From positions 1 to 40,227 of the forward strand of contig JAOZGP010000014.1 of assembly GCA_027491735.1 (NCBI GenBank): DNA of 40,227 nt. The letters are read 5' to 3'. Shown here piece after piece: positions 17,138 to 26,830 of this stretch. Within the stretch, counting starts at the first letter, position 1, and every line of letters begins with the position of its first letter. The notes under the pieces were generated by a model. That model did no database searches. It was not told the origin of the DNA and saw only the letters and a list, made by a program, of their open reading frames with translations. Position numbers and translations under genes: made by a program. This DNA comes from Thermoproteota archaeon. Lineage in GTDB: Archaea > Korarchaeota > Korarchaeia > Korarchaeales > Korarchaeaceae.

Positions 17138-18163
17138 ATGATAGAGATTGAGGGGAGCTATGGTGAGGGCGGTGGCTCGATCCTGCGCTACTCAGTAGCT
17201 CTATCGATAGTGTCGGGAGAACCGATACGTGTTTTCAATATAAGAGCTAGGAGAAGGCCTCCCGGTCTCAAGGCACAACATCTAACTGCTGTGAAAATGC
17301 TTTCAAGCATAAGCAATGCTGATTGTCAAGGGCTCTATGTGGGGTCCAAGGAGATAGTCTTTATCCCAGGAGAGGTGAGTGGTGGCGAGTTTTCCTTTGA
17401 TGTTGGTACTGCAGGTAGCTTATCTCTCCTAATTCAGGCAGCAACCCCCATTTCTGTGGTGCTCAGGTCCCCTCTGATCCTGAGGCTTAGAGGTGGTACC
17501 GACGTCAAGATGGCTCCACTCATGGACTATATGAGGTTTGTCTTCTCCGAGAACCTAAAGCTTTTAGGTGTGAGGTGCGAGATAGAGCTTCACAGGAGAG
17601 GACACTATCCCCGTGGAGGCGGTTTGGTCACCTTTAAGCTCTTTCCATCAAAGGTCCATGAGATAGACCATGTGGAGTTCAGAGGTCGGGCGAAGATGGT
17701 TCATGGAGTCGCTCACGCCGTTAAGCTTCCGCATCATGTGGTGGAGAGGATTGCACAATCGGCTGAGAAGACACTCCGGAGTGAGGGCATCGCTGCTGAG
17801 GTGAAGAGGATCTGGAGCCAAAACGGTCATCTAGGGCCTGGTGCTGGCATAGTTATCTGGATGAAGGATGAAACGGTTATTGGAGCTGATTCTCTTGGAG
17901 AGAAGGGGAAACCCAGTGAAGTTGTTGGGAAGGAGGCTGCCAGTAAGCTGCTTGCTGAGCTGAAATCTGGCATGGCGTTCGACAGACACATGGGAGACAT
18001 GATCCTTCCGTACCTAGCGATAGCTGGAGGTGGAAAAGTTGGCGTCTCTGAGTTGAGTATGCACGCTAAATCGAATATGTGGCTCTGTGAGAGGATATTG
18101 AAGACCGAGTTCAGGGTGGAAGGTGGTCTGGGAAAGCCCTCAGTAGTAGAGGTCGTGAGGTGA
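17138..18163 (+). CDS. rtcA: RNA 3'-terminal phosphate cyclase
   Basis: GSYGEGGGSILR, IRARRRPPGLKAQH, GGTDV, GHYPRGGG, DRHMGD, and the His motif SMHAKSN. Confidence 0.95.
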   Translation: MIEIEGSYGEGGGSILRYSVALSIVSGEPIRVFNIRARRRPPGLKAQHLTAVKMLSSISNADCQGLYVGSKEIVFIPGEVSGGEFSFDVGTAGSLSLLIQAATPISVVLRSPLILRLRGGTDVKMAPLMDYMRFVFSENLKLLGVRCEIELHRRGHYPRGGGLVTFKLFPSKVHEIDHVEFRGRAKMVHGVAHAVKLPHHVVERIAQSAEKTLRSEGIAAEVKRIWSQNGHLGPGAGIVIWMKDETVIGADSLGEKGKPSEVVGKEAASKLLAELKSGMAFDRHMGDMILPYLAIAGGGKVGVSELSMHAKSNMWLCERILKTEFRVEGGLGKPSVVEVVR

Positions 18164-18164
18164 G

Positions 18165-19880
18165 GTGAGCAGGACGAGGCGATCATTCGAGGAACTGCTG
18201 AATTTGATAGCCGCTAAATCCGGGAAGACAAGAGATGAGATAATGGAGAGAGTGTCCAAATACGTCGATGAATATGACGGCATACTTAATGAGGAAGGAG
18301 CGCTCTACTTAGTAGCTCATGATCTTGGAGTTAGTTTCCTCGAGAACCGTTCTAGAGAGGAGCTGTCCGGTCCCGTTCCCATAGATAAGCTAGCTCCTGG
18401 CATGAGGAAGGCTGTGCTGGAGGGCAGAGTTATTAGAATGTATGGAGTTATTAGGTTTAGAAGCAAAGATGGATCGGAGGGGGAGAGAGGGGAATTCCTG
18501 CTGGCGGATGAGAGCGGTGTAGTCCGCGTTATTATATGGTCCAAGGGTTTGATTGAGAAGATCAGGGCTGGAGAGATGAGGGAAGGCGACGTCGTGAGGA
18601 TAAAGGGTGCGCGGGTAGGGAGGAGAGGTTCTGACGTTGTTGCGAATCTGGACTCAGGAGCCGAGCTGGAGGTACTTCGAGGAGAGTTCCCGGGCTATCC
18701 ACTGCCCGACCGTAAACCCCTAAGAGTTTCCGAGATATTTGAGACTGAGGCTCCTGAGATCGATGTTTTGGGAGTTGTGTCAGCCATATTTGATATTAGG
18801 GAGTTTGAGAGAAGGGACGGCTCGGCTGGCCGCCTCCTCTCTTTAATAATTAGGGATGAGGAAAGCGGCGATAGCGTGAGAGTGGTCCTATGGGACGAAA
18901 AGACCGAGCTCGCCAGGTCCATAAACACGGGAGATCGGGTAGTTCTCAGGAACTTCAAACTAAAGTTTAGAGATGACATGCCCGAGCTTCACAGCACTGT
19001 TAGGAGCTCAGTTAAGCCTTTGCCAGGTTCTAAGGAGGATATAGAAGGAGAGCTCATATTTGTTACTGGGGTAAGGACAACTAGAACCAGAAGAGGAGCT
19101 CTACTGAAGTTCTTAAGGTTCGTTCTGAGGAAAGGAGATGTTCTGCTTGTGGGAAAAGCGTGGGAGGACGTCGCTGATGTCCTCAGCAAAGCTTGTCCTG
19201 CTGTCGTGCGAATAAGAGGGGCTATCGTCTATGGAGAAGGGTCTGTACGAAGAATAGCTCTGGGAAGGGACTCAGAAATAGAGATCATAGGGCGTCTAGA
19301 GAGCCAGCTGGACGATCGAGAAAAGAAGGAATGTCTGAGTGCACTATACCCGAGAAACTGGATAGAGGAACTATCTAAAGGCTCTGCTGAGGTCAGAGGA
19401 GCTATAACTCAGATGAGTGATGTTTTCATAAGATGGTATTGCTCCAACTGCGGTAAGGAGGCCACTAAGGAGTACGGACGCTTTGCGTGTGAGGAGTGTG
19501 GTGAAGGCGTTGAGGCCTTTCCCAGAGCGAGCATGTTCATGAATGTTGAGGACGGGACCGGTGTCCTTAGAGTCATCCTGCTCGACTCCGTGCTCGAGAA
19601 GTTTCTGGGCAGGACCTTGGATGAGATGCTCAAGGAGATAGAAATGAACGGTCTGGAGGAAGACAGGTTTCCAACCGATGAGCTAAGAGAGAAGATCCTG
19701 GGAAGGGATTTCATTTTGAGAGGTACTGTGAGGGTGGACGGAGGATCTCTGAGAATGATAGCCGATGAGATTGTCTCGATGAATACCATGGAGGAAATAG
19801 CCCTTCTTGAGAAGAAGCTCCTCGAGGAGATGAGACGTTTCGCATCGAAGGAGGCTGTCCATGAGAAGAATAATCGTTGA
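18165..19880 (+). CDS. rpa: Replication protein A large subunit (multiple OB folds + Zn finger)
   Basis: N-terminal EEGALYLVAHDLGV domain; OB motifs DESGVVRVIIW, DSVRVVLWD and DGTGVLRV; CSNC...CEEC zinc finger. Confidence 0.9.
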   Translation: MSRTRRSFEELLNLIAAKSGKTRDEIMERVSKYVDEYDGILNEEGALYLVAHDLGVSFLENRSREELSGPVPIDKLAPGMRKAVLEGRVIRMYGVIRFRSKDGSEGERGEFLLADESGVVRVIIWSKGLIEKIRAGEMREGDVVRIKGARVGRRGSDVVANLDSGAELEVLRGEFPGYPLPDRKPLRVSEIFETEAPEIDVLGVVSAIFDIREFERRDGSAGRLLSLIIRDEESGDSVRVVLWDEKTELARSINTGDRVVLRNFKLKFRDDMPELHSTVRSSVKPLPGSKEDIEGELIFVTGVRTTRTRRGALLKFLRFVLRKGDVLLVGKAWEDVADVLSKACPAVVRIRGAIVYGEGSVRRIALGRDSEIEIIGRLESQLDDREKKECLSALYPRNWIEELSKGSAEVRGAITQMSDVFIRWYCSNCGKEATKEYGRFACEECGEGVEAFPRASMFMNVEDGTGVLRVILLDSVLEKFLGRTLDEMLKEIEMNGLEEDRFPTDELREKILGRDFILRGTVRVDGGSLRMIADEIVSMNTMEEIALLEKKLLEEMRRFASKEAVHEKNNR

Positions 19881-20520
19881 GAGTCGAGAGCCGGAGGAGA
19901 TTGCAGCTATGCTAAGGAAGAAGGGTTTGTGGGTCGAGAGAAAACAGTTTGAGCCGGGGGATTACCTGATAAGTGATAAAATCTGCTTGGAGAGGAAGTC
20001 GATAACGGATTTTATAAGATCGATATACGACGGAAGAATCTTCAACCAAGCGAGAAGGATGAGCGACCTGTTCGATAGAGTGATATTGGTTGTCGAGGGC
20101 GATCCCGAGGGCATCCTGGATCACAGAGAGAAGAAGATTTTGTATTCTGCCATAGCATCATTGATATTTAATAATGTCTCGGTCGTGCAGGTAAAAGATA
20201 GATCGTCCTTTGTGGAGTTCCTGGCATCCCTAGCATCTAAAACCGAGGGGAGATCGGAACCTATCTTGGTTAGGCATGTAGGCCGGTTGAAAAACGACTA
20301 CGAGACAGCCATACAGGTGCTCTGTGGTTTCCCGGGAGTAGGCATTAAACTCGCCGAAAGGCTTATTAAGAGGTTTGGTTCGCTGAGGAGAATTTTTTCG
20401 GCAACGTATGCCGAATTAAAACCTATTTTAGGAGAGAAGCGAGCGCAAGCGTTTCTGGAGATGCTGGATAAAAGGATCACGGAGAAGGAGGGAAGGAGGC
20501 CTGAAGAGCTAAGGTTTTAG
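19861..20520 (+). CDS. xpf: Short-form XPF/ERCC4 structure-specific endonuclease
   Basis: ESRE, GDYLI..LERKSITDFIRSIYDGRIFNQ, HhH FPGVGIKLA; no helicase domain. Confidence 0.92.
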   Translation: MRRIIVESREPEEIAAMLRKKGLWVERKQFEPGDYLISDKICLERKSITDFIRSIYDGRIFNQARRMSDLFDRVILVVEGDPEGILDHREKKILYSAIASLIFNNVSVVQVKDRSSFVEFLASLASKTEGRSEPILVRHVGRLKNDYETAIQVLCGFPGVGIKLAERLIKRFGSLRRIFSATYAELKPILGEKRAQAFLEMLDKRITEKEGRRPEELRF

Positions 20521-21816
20521 CCTGGTGGGAGTCCTCGGGAAGGGAATCACATCCCTGACGGTTTCCGTCCCAGAGATCCACCAAACCGTCCGATCTACAC
20601 CCAGACCGAATCCGGAGTGTGGCACCGATCCATACCTTCTCAGGTCCAGATACCAGTAATAATCCCTTGGATTCAGATTCTCCTCCTGTATTCTCTTCAC
20701 CAACTCATCCAGGCTGTCTATCCTCTGACCTCCACCCACTATCTCCCCTATTCCCTCTGGAGCTAGGAGATCAGCACAAAGTACTTTTCTGTTGTCCTCA
20801 GGATCCACCTTGTGATAGAAAGCGCGAGTGGCTTTGGGATATCTTGTCACAAAAATGGGTTCGTCGAACTCCAGAGAAATCGCTCTCTCAGCTTCCGTGC
20901 TGAGGTCCTCCCCCCAGCGGATATCCACCCCTTTCTCCTTGGATATCTCCACCGCCTCATCGTAGGATATCCTGGGAAACCTCCCTGAGGGGGGTTCAAA
21001 CTTCCTGCCTATGAGGTCCAGCTCTCTTCCGCATTCATCATAGGTCCTCTCACACGCTTGTTTGAGGGAGTCCTCGACGACGTTCATCATGTCCTCGAGA
21101 GTAGCCCAGGCCATCTCTGCCTCGAAGTGCCAGAACTCGGTGAGATGCCTCCTCGTCCTCGACTTCTCAGCTCTGAAGCTGGGTTGCATGGTATATACGT
21201 TGTCGAATGCGAATATAAGAGCTTCCAAGTAGAACTGAGAGCTCTGAGTCAGATAGGCGTCCCTCCCGAAGTAGTCCAATTTGAAGAGTGTGGCCCCTCC
21301 CTCCACAGCCGCTTGGACGAAGGTAGGAGCTTCAACTCTCGTGAACCCGTGATCATCGTACCAATCGAGCAGTGACCTGATGAACGTTCCCCTTATCTTC
21401 AGTAGAGCCTGCACTTTTCTGCTTCTTAGATGAAGATGTCTGTAATCGAAGAGAACCTCCTTGCTTGTGTCCTTCTTCAAAGGAAAGTCCTCTGCCAGGT
21501 TGAAGACTTGTAGGTTGGTTGCATGGAGTTCCATTCCTCCAGGAGCTCTTTCATCTCGATGAACGATACCTTCGACGATCAAGGAGCTCTCTATTGTCAG
21601 CTTCCTTGCTAGACTCATCTGCTCCTCTCCTAAGAGATCCCTCTTGAAGACCACCTGAACAACACCCGTGGAGTCCCGCAGAATTATAAAGACCACTCCG
21701 CCGAGCTCCCTCCTACGATGTACCCATCCAGCTATCCTGACACGTTGACCCTCCCCAAGAAGGAAGAGCTCCTCGATAAACTTCTCCCTCATGAATCGCG
21801 GTCTATTGGAGGGCAC
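20509..21816 (-). CDS. asnS: Asparagine--tRNA ligase
   Basis: OB anticodon domain, YLTQSSQFYLE, FRAEKSRTRRHLTEFWH, GEIVGGGQR, RRYGSVPHSGFGLGVDR; start may be ATG 21792. Confidence 0.93.
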   Translation of the reverse strand: MPSNRPRFMREKFIEELFLLGEGQRVRIAGWVHRRRELGGVVFIILRDSTGVVQVVFKRDLLGEEQMSLARKLTIESSLIVEGIVHRDERAPGGMELHATNLQVFNLAEDFPLKKDTSKEVLFDYRHLHLRSRKVQALLKIRGTFIRSLLDWYDDHGFTRVEAPTFVQAAVEGGATLFKLDYFGRDAYLTQSSQFYLEALIFAFDNVYTMQPSFRAEKSRTRRHLTEFWHFEAEMAWATLEDMMNVVEDSLKQACERTYDECGRELDLIGRKFEPPSGRFPRISYDEAVEISKEKGVDIRWGEDLSTEAERAISLEFDEPIFVTRYPKATRAFYHKVDPEDNRKVLCADLLAPEGIGEIVGGGQRIDSLDELVKRIQEENLNPRDYYWYLDLRRYGSVPHSGFGLGVDRTVWWISGTETVRDVIPFPRTPTRLKP

Positions 21817-21881
21817 TGACTAGTCACCAACCAGGAAACCCTGAGGTAATAGATAAAATAAACCCTGAAGACTTTGTTAGG

Positions 21882-23219
21882 ATGAGCGACCTGAGAGAAC
21901 TCTTACATAGGAGCGAGCAGCTAGGATTCCTCTACAAGGAGAGCAAGCCCTTATCGGTCATGTACGAATTAGCTGAAGCGCTTAAATCTCGTGATGGAAA
22001 AGGAGCAGTAATCTTTGAGAAGCCGGTGCTTCCTAGCAGGGAGATCTCAAGTATCAGAGTCGCTGGAGGACTTATGAACAACAGGTCCTTGATAGCCGGC
22101 CTGTTAAACGCAAAGAGAGGAGAAGAGATAACGACAAGGATCCTGGAAGCTTTGAGAAGCAGAGATCGTATGACTAAGGAGCTCTCATGTGGTCTCCTTC
22201 CGTTGGATGAGGTGCCTCCCGAGGAGATAGACGTCAGGACCCTGCCGATACTGAAGCATTATAGAGGTGAGGGAGGGAGGTACGTGACCAGTGGCATCTT
22301 CATAGTGCACGACAGAGAGGAAGACCTCTTTTCGCTTTCCTACCATAGAATGATGCTTCTAGGACCGAGAAAGTTCGTCATAAGAGCTGTAGAGGGAAGA
22401 TTTCTTTATAAGAAGGTTTTAGAGGCTGACAGATCAGGCAAGGACTTGCCCATAACAGTGTCGATAGGATCGGAGCTTGGAGTCATGCTTTCCGCTGCAA
22501 CACCGGCCGAGGACATGGACAGACTCGACCTAGCGGGAAGAATTCAGCGGAAATCCGTTGAAATAGCCCGATTAGATGAGGATCTGGTGATTCCAGTTAG
22601 ATCAGAGATCGTGTTCGTTGGAAGGATAAAATCTGGGGTGCGAGCCAGGGAGGGTCCCTTCTACGAGATTTTAGGCAAAGATATTGTGAGAGATCAGCCC
22701 GTGTTCGTCATCGACAGGATCTTCGTGAGAGAGGATCCCATATACTACGCCATCCTTCCAGCAGGATGTGAACACGAGCTCCTGATGGGAATGCCAGTTG
22801 AAGCCAAGATCATGGAGGAGGTCTCGAGGTACTGTAAGGTGAGGGGTGTCGCCATGACATCGGGTGGTGCGCGATGGGTAGAGGCGGCCATAAGCATCCA
22901 GAAGGAGTTCGAGGGGCAGGCTGTTCTAGCTGCTCTGGCCGCGATAAACGCTCATAGGAGCCTGAAGAGGGTCATTGTCGTGGATTCGGACATCGACGTT
23001 CATGACTATGAGTCAGTCATGCGCGCCGTAAACCAGAGAGCTCACGTCCCCGATGATTACATATTTATCAGGAACGCCAGGGGCTCATCCCTGGACAGGA
23101 GCAACCTGAGATATTTGAATGTAGGGGAGAGAAGACTTTTGATTTCGCTGCCGCAGTCGAAACTCATAATAGATGCCACCATAAAGGGCCCTTCTGATCT
23201 CTTTAAGCCGCCCAACTGA
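21882..23219 (+). CDS. UbiD-family prFMN-dependent decarboxylase (possibly anhydromevalonate-phosphate decarboxylase)
   Basis: SLSYHRM, EGPFYE, KRVIVVDSDIDV, GSSLD, KLIIDAT; substrate assignment is inference. Confidence 0.88.
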   Translation: MSDLRELLHRSEQLGFLYKESKPLSVMYELAEALKSRDGKGAVIFEKPVLPSREISSIRVAGGLMNNRSLIAGLLNAKRGEEITTRILEALRSRDRMTKELSCGLLPLDEVPPEEIDVRTLPILKHYRGEGGRYVTSGIFIVHDREEDLFSLSYHRMMLLGPRKFVIRAVEGRFLYKKVLEADRSGKDLPITVSIGSELGVMLSAATPAEDMDRLDLAGRIQRKSVEIARLDEDLVIPVRSEIVFVGRIKSGVRAREGPFYEILGKDIVRDQPVFVIDRIFVREDPIYYAILPAGCEHELLMGMPVEAKIMEEVSRYCKVRGVAMTSGGARWVEAAISIQKEFEGQAVLAALAAINAHRSLKRVIVVDSDIDVHDYESVMRAVNQRAHVPDDYIFIRNARGSSLDRSNLRYLNVGERRLLISLPQSKLIIDATIKGPSDLFKPPN

Positions 23220-23273
23220 ATGTTTAAGAAGCCTTCAAGTCTCCCTTTGTGTGACTGGATGGAGGGAGTGTTC

Positions 23274-23615
23274 ATGGTCAAGGTGAGAGTTGAGTCCTTG
23301 GAGAAGGACCCAGACTTCAGGCTCATCAAGGTCTCCCTGAAAAGCGAGGGAGGAGGTAAGATATATCTCGAGGTACCTGAAGGAGTTATTAAGGTTAAGG
23401 AGGGATCTAGGGGCGACCTCGCGCTTACCAGAGAAGTTCCCAAGGATAGAGGGGAGAACATCTTGGTGATGAGGGGTGTTGTGTACGAGAATGAGAAGAA
23501 AGCTAAGTCAGCTAAGATCTCCTTCTACGGGCTTTGGATGACAATAAAAGGAGAAGAGAAGCTCCCGAGGGAGCTAAAACCTGGAGATCAGGTATACCTC
23601 CTGCTGAGGTTTTAG
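23274..23615 (+). CDS. rpo8: DNA-directed RNA polymerase subunit Rpo8 (RpoG, Rpb8 homologue)
   Basis: VMRGVVY...ISFYGLWMTIKG...GDQVYLLLR matches the Rpb8 motifs (MxGxxY, SFGGLLM, VYLL); start uncertain (23259 or 23274). Confidence 0.82.
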   Translation: MVKVRVESLEKDPDFRLIKVSLKSEGGGKIYLEVPEGVIKVKEGSRGDLALTREVPKDRGENILVMRGVVYENEKKAKSAKISFYGLWMTIKGEEKLPRELKPGDQVYLLLRF

Positions 23616-23694
23616 GTAAGTTTTCGACATCTCTCTGAGGGATGAATCATTTGGTTTAAATTAAGTTTATTTTTAGAAATATTATTTAGCTGGC

Positions 23695-24420
23695 TTGTCC
23701 CTCAAGCAGCTGATGTACGAGGAGTATGCTGAGGAGGGTCTGGAGGAGGTCTCTCCATATCCGGTCGAGAACTCATATCCTTATCCTGTCAGAAGAAGAT
23801 CTCCCTGTATATTGGACCGCATACATGAAGGACTTCACGTATCCAGACCTCTCCTAGAGGAATCGAGGATGTTGGCCGATATCGTAAGAAGATCCCTTAG
23901 AATGGAGAGAGTGCCTCCTGGATTGAGCCTCGCATCTCTAGTTTACACTTCCAGGGAGAGAGGAGTGACCCTGACTGTGGACTCGGTCCTACGGGCATCT
24001 AGGCAGGCGGGCAGCAGGATAAAGCCCTCTTCCATAATGAAGTATTTGTTTATCATAGAAAAGATTGCCGGCAAGCATGACCCCATGGAGAAGATCCTGG
24101 CTTACGTGGATCACATCAGGATGTCCCTCCTCTCCGATGAGAAAGTACTCGAAAAGCTGAGAAATGAGTTTTCAAGACGAACTCCCCAGATTGTGATAAA
24201 CAGAGCCTCGATATTGGCGAGGAGGATGATCGTGCGAACAAAGAGGGAAAACAAAAAAGCTCTCCTAGGAAAGAACCCGCTTGTTTTGGCGGCTGTGGCT
24301 TTTTACAACGGATTGAGGTTTTTGGGATGCAGGAGCGTGACCCAAAGAGACCTGGCCCTCTCTATAGGCATTCATCCGACCACGATAAGCAGAAACAGAA
24401 GGTTGGTGATATCCCGTTGA
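23695..24420 (+). CDS. Divergent TFB/TFIIB-like protein (cyclin repeats, no Zn ribbon)
   Basis: LSLASLVYTSRERGVTLT (repeat 1) and GKNPLVLAAVAFY...TQRDLALSIGIHPTTISRN (repeat 2, HTH); no N-terminal CxxC pairs. Confidence 0.8.
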   Translation: MSLKQLMYEEYAEEGLEEVSPYPVENSYPYPVRRRSPCILDRIHEGLHVSRPLLEESRMLADIVRRSLRMERVPPGLSLASLVYTSRERGVTLTVDSVLRASRQAGSRIKPSSIMKYLFIIEKIAGKHDPMEKILAYVDHIRMSLLSDEKVLEKLRNEFSRRTPQIVINRASILARRMIVRTKRENKKALLGKNPLVLAAVAFYNGLRFLGCRSVTQRDLALSIGIHPTTISRNRRLVISR

Positions 24421-24559
24421 AGGAGGAGCAGTCCATCTTCAGCGTTAAAGCGTTGGAAGAAAACCGATGCCTTAAAGGGCCCTCTCAAGACGATAACTCA
24501 GGAGATGAGGTCCTCAAAGATGGAGATAGATCGTCTTAATAAGATGTCGAGGTCTCCGG

Positions 24560-26215
24560 ATGAGGATCAGTGAGCGAGAAGATCTGTTCATCTTTCCTTT
24601 AATAGTTATCTATATATTAATCAGAATATGGAAAGGAGGCTTTCCGCAGATCCGTATAACCGGTCCGCTGGTCCTGTTCACAATCCTGCTAATAGTCACC
24701 AGCTCTGTTTTCGTGATCGTGAGGAGAATTTCGAGGCTTAGAACTGGAATACTTGAGATGTCAGACGGTGTACTCGTTGTTCCAGGTAAAGGCGCGAGGT
24801 TGGCGGTCCTGCCAGTGAGCATAACCCCCCTCAGGGAGGAAGCCGTGATAGATCTGGGGGCGGCCATGAGATACCTTTCAGACCTCGGTGTGAGTCTCTC
24901 CCTGATAACGAGCGCCTCTCCCTGCAGCTTTGGGGGGATCAGATCCTCCTATAAAGGAGCGTTGTTCAGGAGAGTTAAGGATAGGGACTTACATCTAGCT
25001 AGGGAATCCTTAATGAGCTCGTTTAAGATCCTTAAGAGAGTTCTTGGGGATGGGCTCTCCGTTGAAATTGCCAAGATGAACTCATCTCTCCTTGAAGAGC
25101 TCGTCAACACGATCCCTTCATCGACGATCGCCGGAAGATCCTTCACAGCTAGGATGTCCGTACCACGTGGAGCTGAGATAGGAGAGTCCACTGTGTGCCT
25201 GAGCGAGGGGACATGCATACCTCTCAGCGACCTTGTCGGCCATGTTCTGGTGACTGGTGCCACGGGATCCGGAAAAACCACCACTGCGAAGAGGATTTTA
25301 TATGAACTTTGGACTCTATGTGGAGTTCCCTTTATCGTGTTGGACTTCCACAACGAGTATGGAGATCTCATCGCGAAGGTTAACGGAGACGTCCTCACCA
25401 GGAAAGAGAGTAGCTACGATTACTCAATAAACATACTTCGAGGCATGAGCGAACCGGACAGCGAGGAGCTTCACTACTTTGTGGATGCCTTTAAGACGAT
25501 CATGGATCTAACTCCGGCTCAGGAGTTCATGCTGCTAACGGCGCTTGGAAGACTGAGAACTAGGATGACTCAGCTAGGAGGAGTTCCTTCCATGGAGGAG
25601 CTCTATGAGGAGATCGCTGAGATAGAAATTAAAACTGCCTCAGAGAAAGAGGCTAAATCGGCCCTTCTAAGAAAGATTTTCTTGCTCAAAGAGGAGCCGG
25701 TGTCATCCCTTATATCGCGCGATGGGGTAGGCCTTGCCCATGAGATAAGCTCCCCGGTGTCCATAGAGCTAGATGACGTCTCCACCGAGACAGGCAGGCT
25801 CCTCTACGTTCACTTCTTCCTGCGAGGAGTATACAGGATGTATAAATCTAAGGGATTTTCCAAGACTCCTAGAGTAGTTTTGGTCATAGAGGAGGCGGAT
25901 AAATGTCTGCCAGCTTTTAGGGAGGGGAGTGGACTGACCATGGGCGAGAAGCTCTTCTCTGAAATGAGAAAGTATGGAATATCGCTGGTATGCATAGCTC
26001 AGTCACCTAGCAAGGTTTCCCGCTACATTATCCAGAACACATCCGTCAAGGTCCTTCACAGAGCCGGAGAGCCCAGAGATGTCGAGTTCCTAAAAAATCT
26101 GACAGGTAGCAAGGGAAAGACGAACCTATTGTGGAGGCTGAAACCAGGGGAGTTCGTGCTAGTGTACGGTGACCGGATTTTGAGGGGGAGGACTAAACCT
26201 GTTTCATTTTCTTAG
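24560..26215 (+). CDS. Membrane-anchored HerA/FtsK/VirB4-like ATPase (DUF87 type)
   Basis: Two N-terminal TM helices; HVLVTGATGSGKT, LDFHNEY, VLVIEEAD, EMRKYG, AQSP motifs. Confidence 0.9.
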   Translation: MRISEREDLFIFPLIVIYILIRIWKGGFPQIRITGPLVLFTILLIVTSSVFVIVRRISRLRTGILEMSDGVLVVPGKGARLAVLPVSITPLREEAVIDLGAAMRYLSDLGVSLSLITSASPCSFGGIRSSYKGALFRRVKDRDLHLARESLMSSFKILKRVLGDGLSVEIAKMNSSLLEELVNTIPSSTIAGRSFTARMSVPRGAEIGESTVCLSEGTCIPLSDLVGHVLVTGATGSGKTTTAKRILYELWTLCGVPFIVLDFHNEYGDLIAKVNGDVLTRKESSYDYSINILRGMSEPDSEELHYFVDAFKTIMDLTPAQEFMLLTALGRLRTRMTQLGGVPSMEELYEEIAEIEIKTASEKEAKSALLRKIFLLKEEPVSSLISRDGVGLAHEISSPVSIELDDVSTETGRLLYVHFFLRGVYRMYKSKGFSKTPRVVLVIEEADKCLPAFREGSGLTMGEKLFSEMRKYGISLVCIAQSPSKVSRYIIQNTSVKVLHRAGEPRDVEFLKNLTGSKGKTNLLWRLKPGEFVLVYGDRILRGRTKPVSFS

Positions 26216-26776
26216 AATTTTTAGGATCTCCTCGAATATGGAGAACTCGGCGTCCTTGTCTCTAGGAAGAAAAACAGGCGGCCTGACTTTTCCATCTAGG
26301 ACAGATCGCACTAGATTCAGGGATTTATCTACAACAGAGGTATCTACTTCGACCACGAGATCCTCTCCAAAGGAGTTCAAGGCCTCTATCAGAGGGACAT
26401 CGAGGAGCTCGGCTTCTAGATTCTCTAGGATCTTTTGAGGAGGATACCCTCTCCTCTCCAGCCTAAAGAAGAGGTCCCTTACTGGACACCTAGTTATCAC
26501 GACTACCTGAACAGGGAGCCCCTCCAGAAGCGATGGAGAGATTGACTCGACGACCAGACGGTCCAAGGGGAGCCTCCTTAGCTCGTTTAGAAGAGCTTCA
26601 TCGTTCACTATCAGGGAGCCCCTCCGCTCATCAAAGCCAGAGGAGAGGGTGCTTCTTTTTTCTTGAACGAGACTCGTGATGGAGAGATAGTCCATGTTTA
26701 ACTCTTTGGATAAGAGACGAGCAAAGCAGGTCTTTCCACTACCGGGGACGCCGGACACCACAATCATACTTCTCAT
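26204..26776 (-). CDS. Adenylate kinase 6 / Fap7-like kinase
   Basis: SGVPGSGKT, RLERRGYPPQKILENLEAE. Confidence 0.9.
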   Translation of the reverse strand: MRSMIVVSGVPGSGKTCFARLLSKELNMDYLSITSLVQEKRSTLSSGFDERRGSLIVNDEALLNELRRLPLDRLVVESISPSLLEGLPVQVVVITRCPVRDLFFRLERRGYPPQKILENLEAELLDVPLIEALNSFGEDLVVEVDTSVVDKSLNLVRSVLDGKVRPPVFLPRDKDAEFSIFEEILKILRK

Positions 26777-26830
26777 CCCTCAGTGAAGTTGGAGGCATGT
26801 TTATATACGCGTGGGATCACTTAGTGGTGA

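Noticed and set aside
20509-21816. Non-discriminating AspRS
   Set aside because: RAEKSRTRRHLTEFW and RRYGSVPHSGFGLG fit AsnRS better.
24560-26215. Canonical HerA of the herA-mre11-rad50-nurA operon
   Set aside because: It has N-terminal TM helices rather than a HAS barrel, and none of the partner genes is adjacent.
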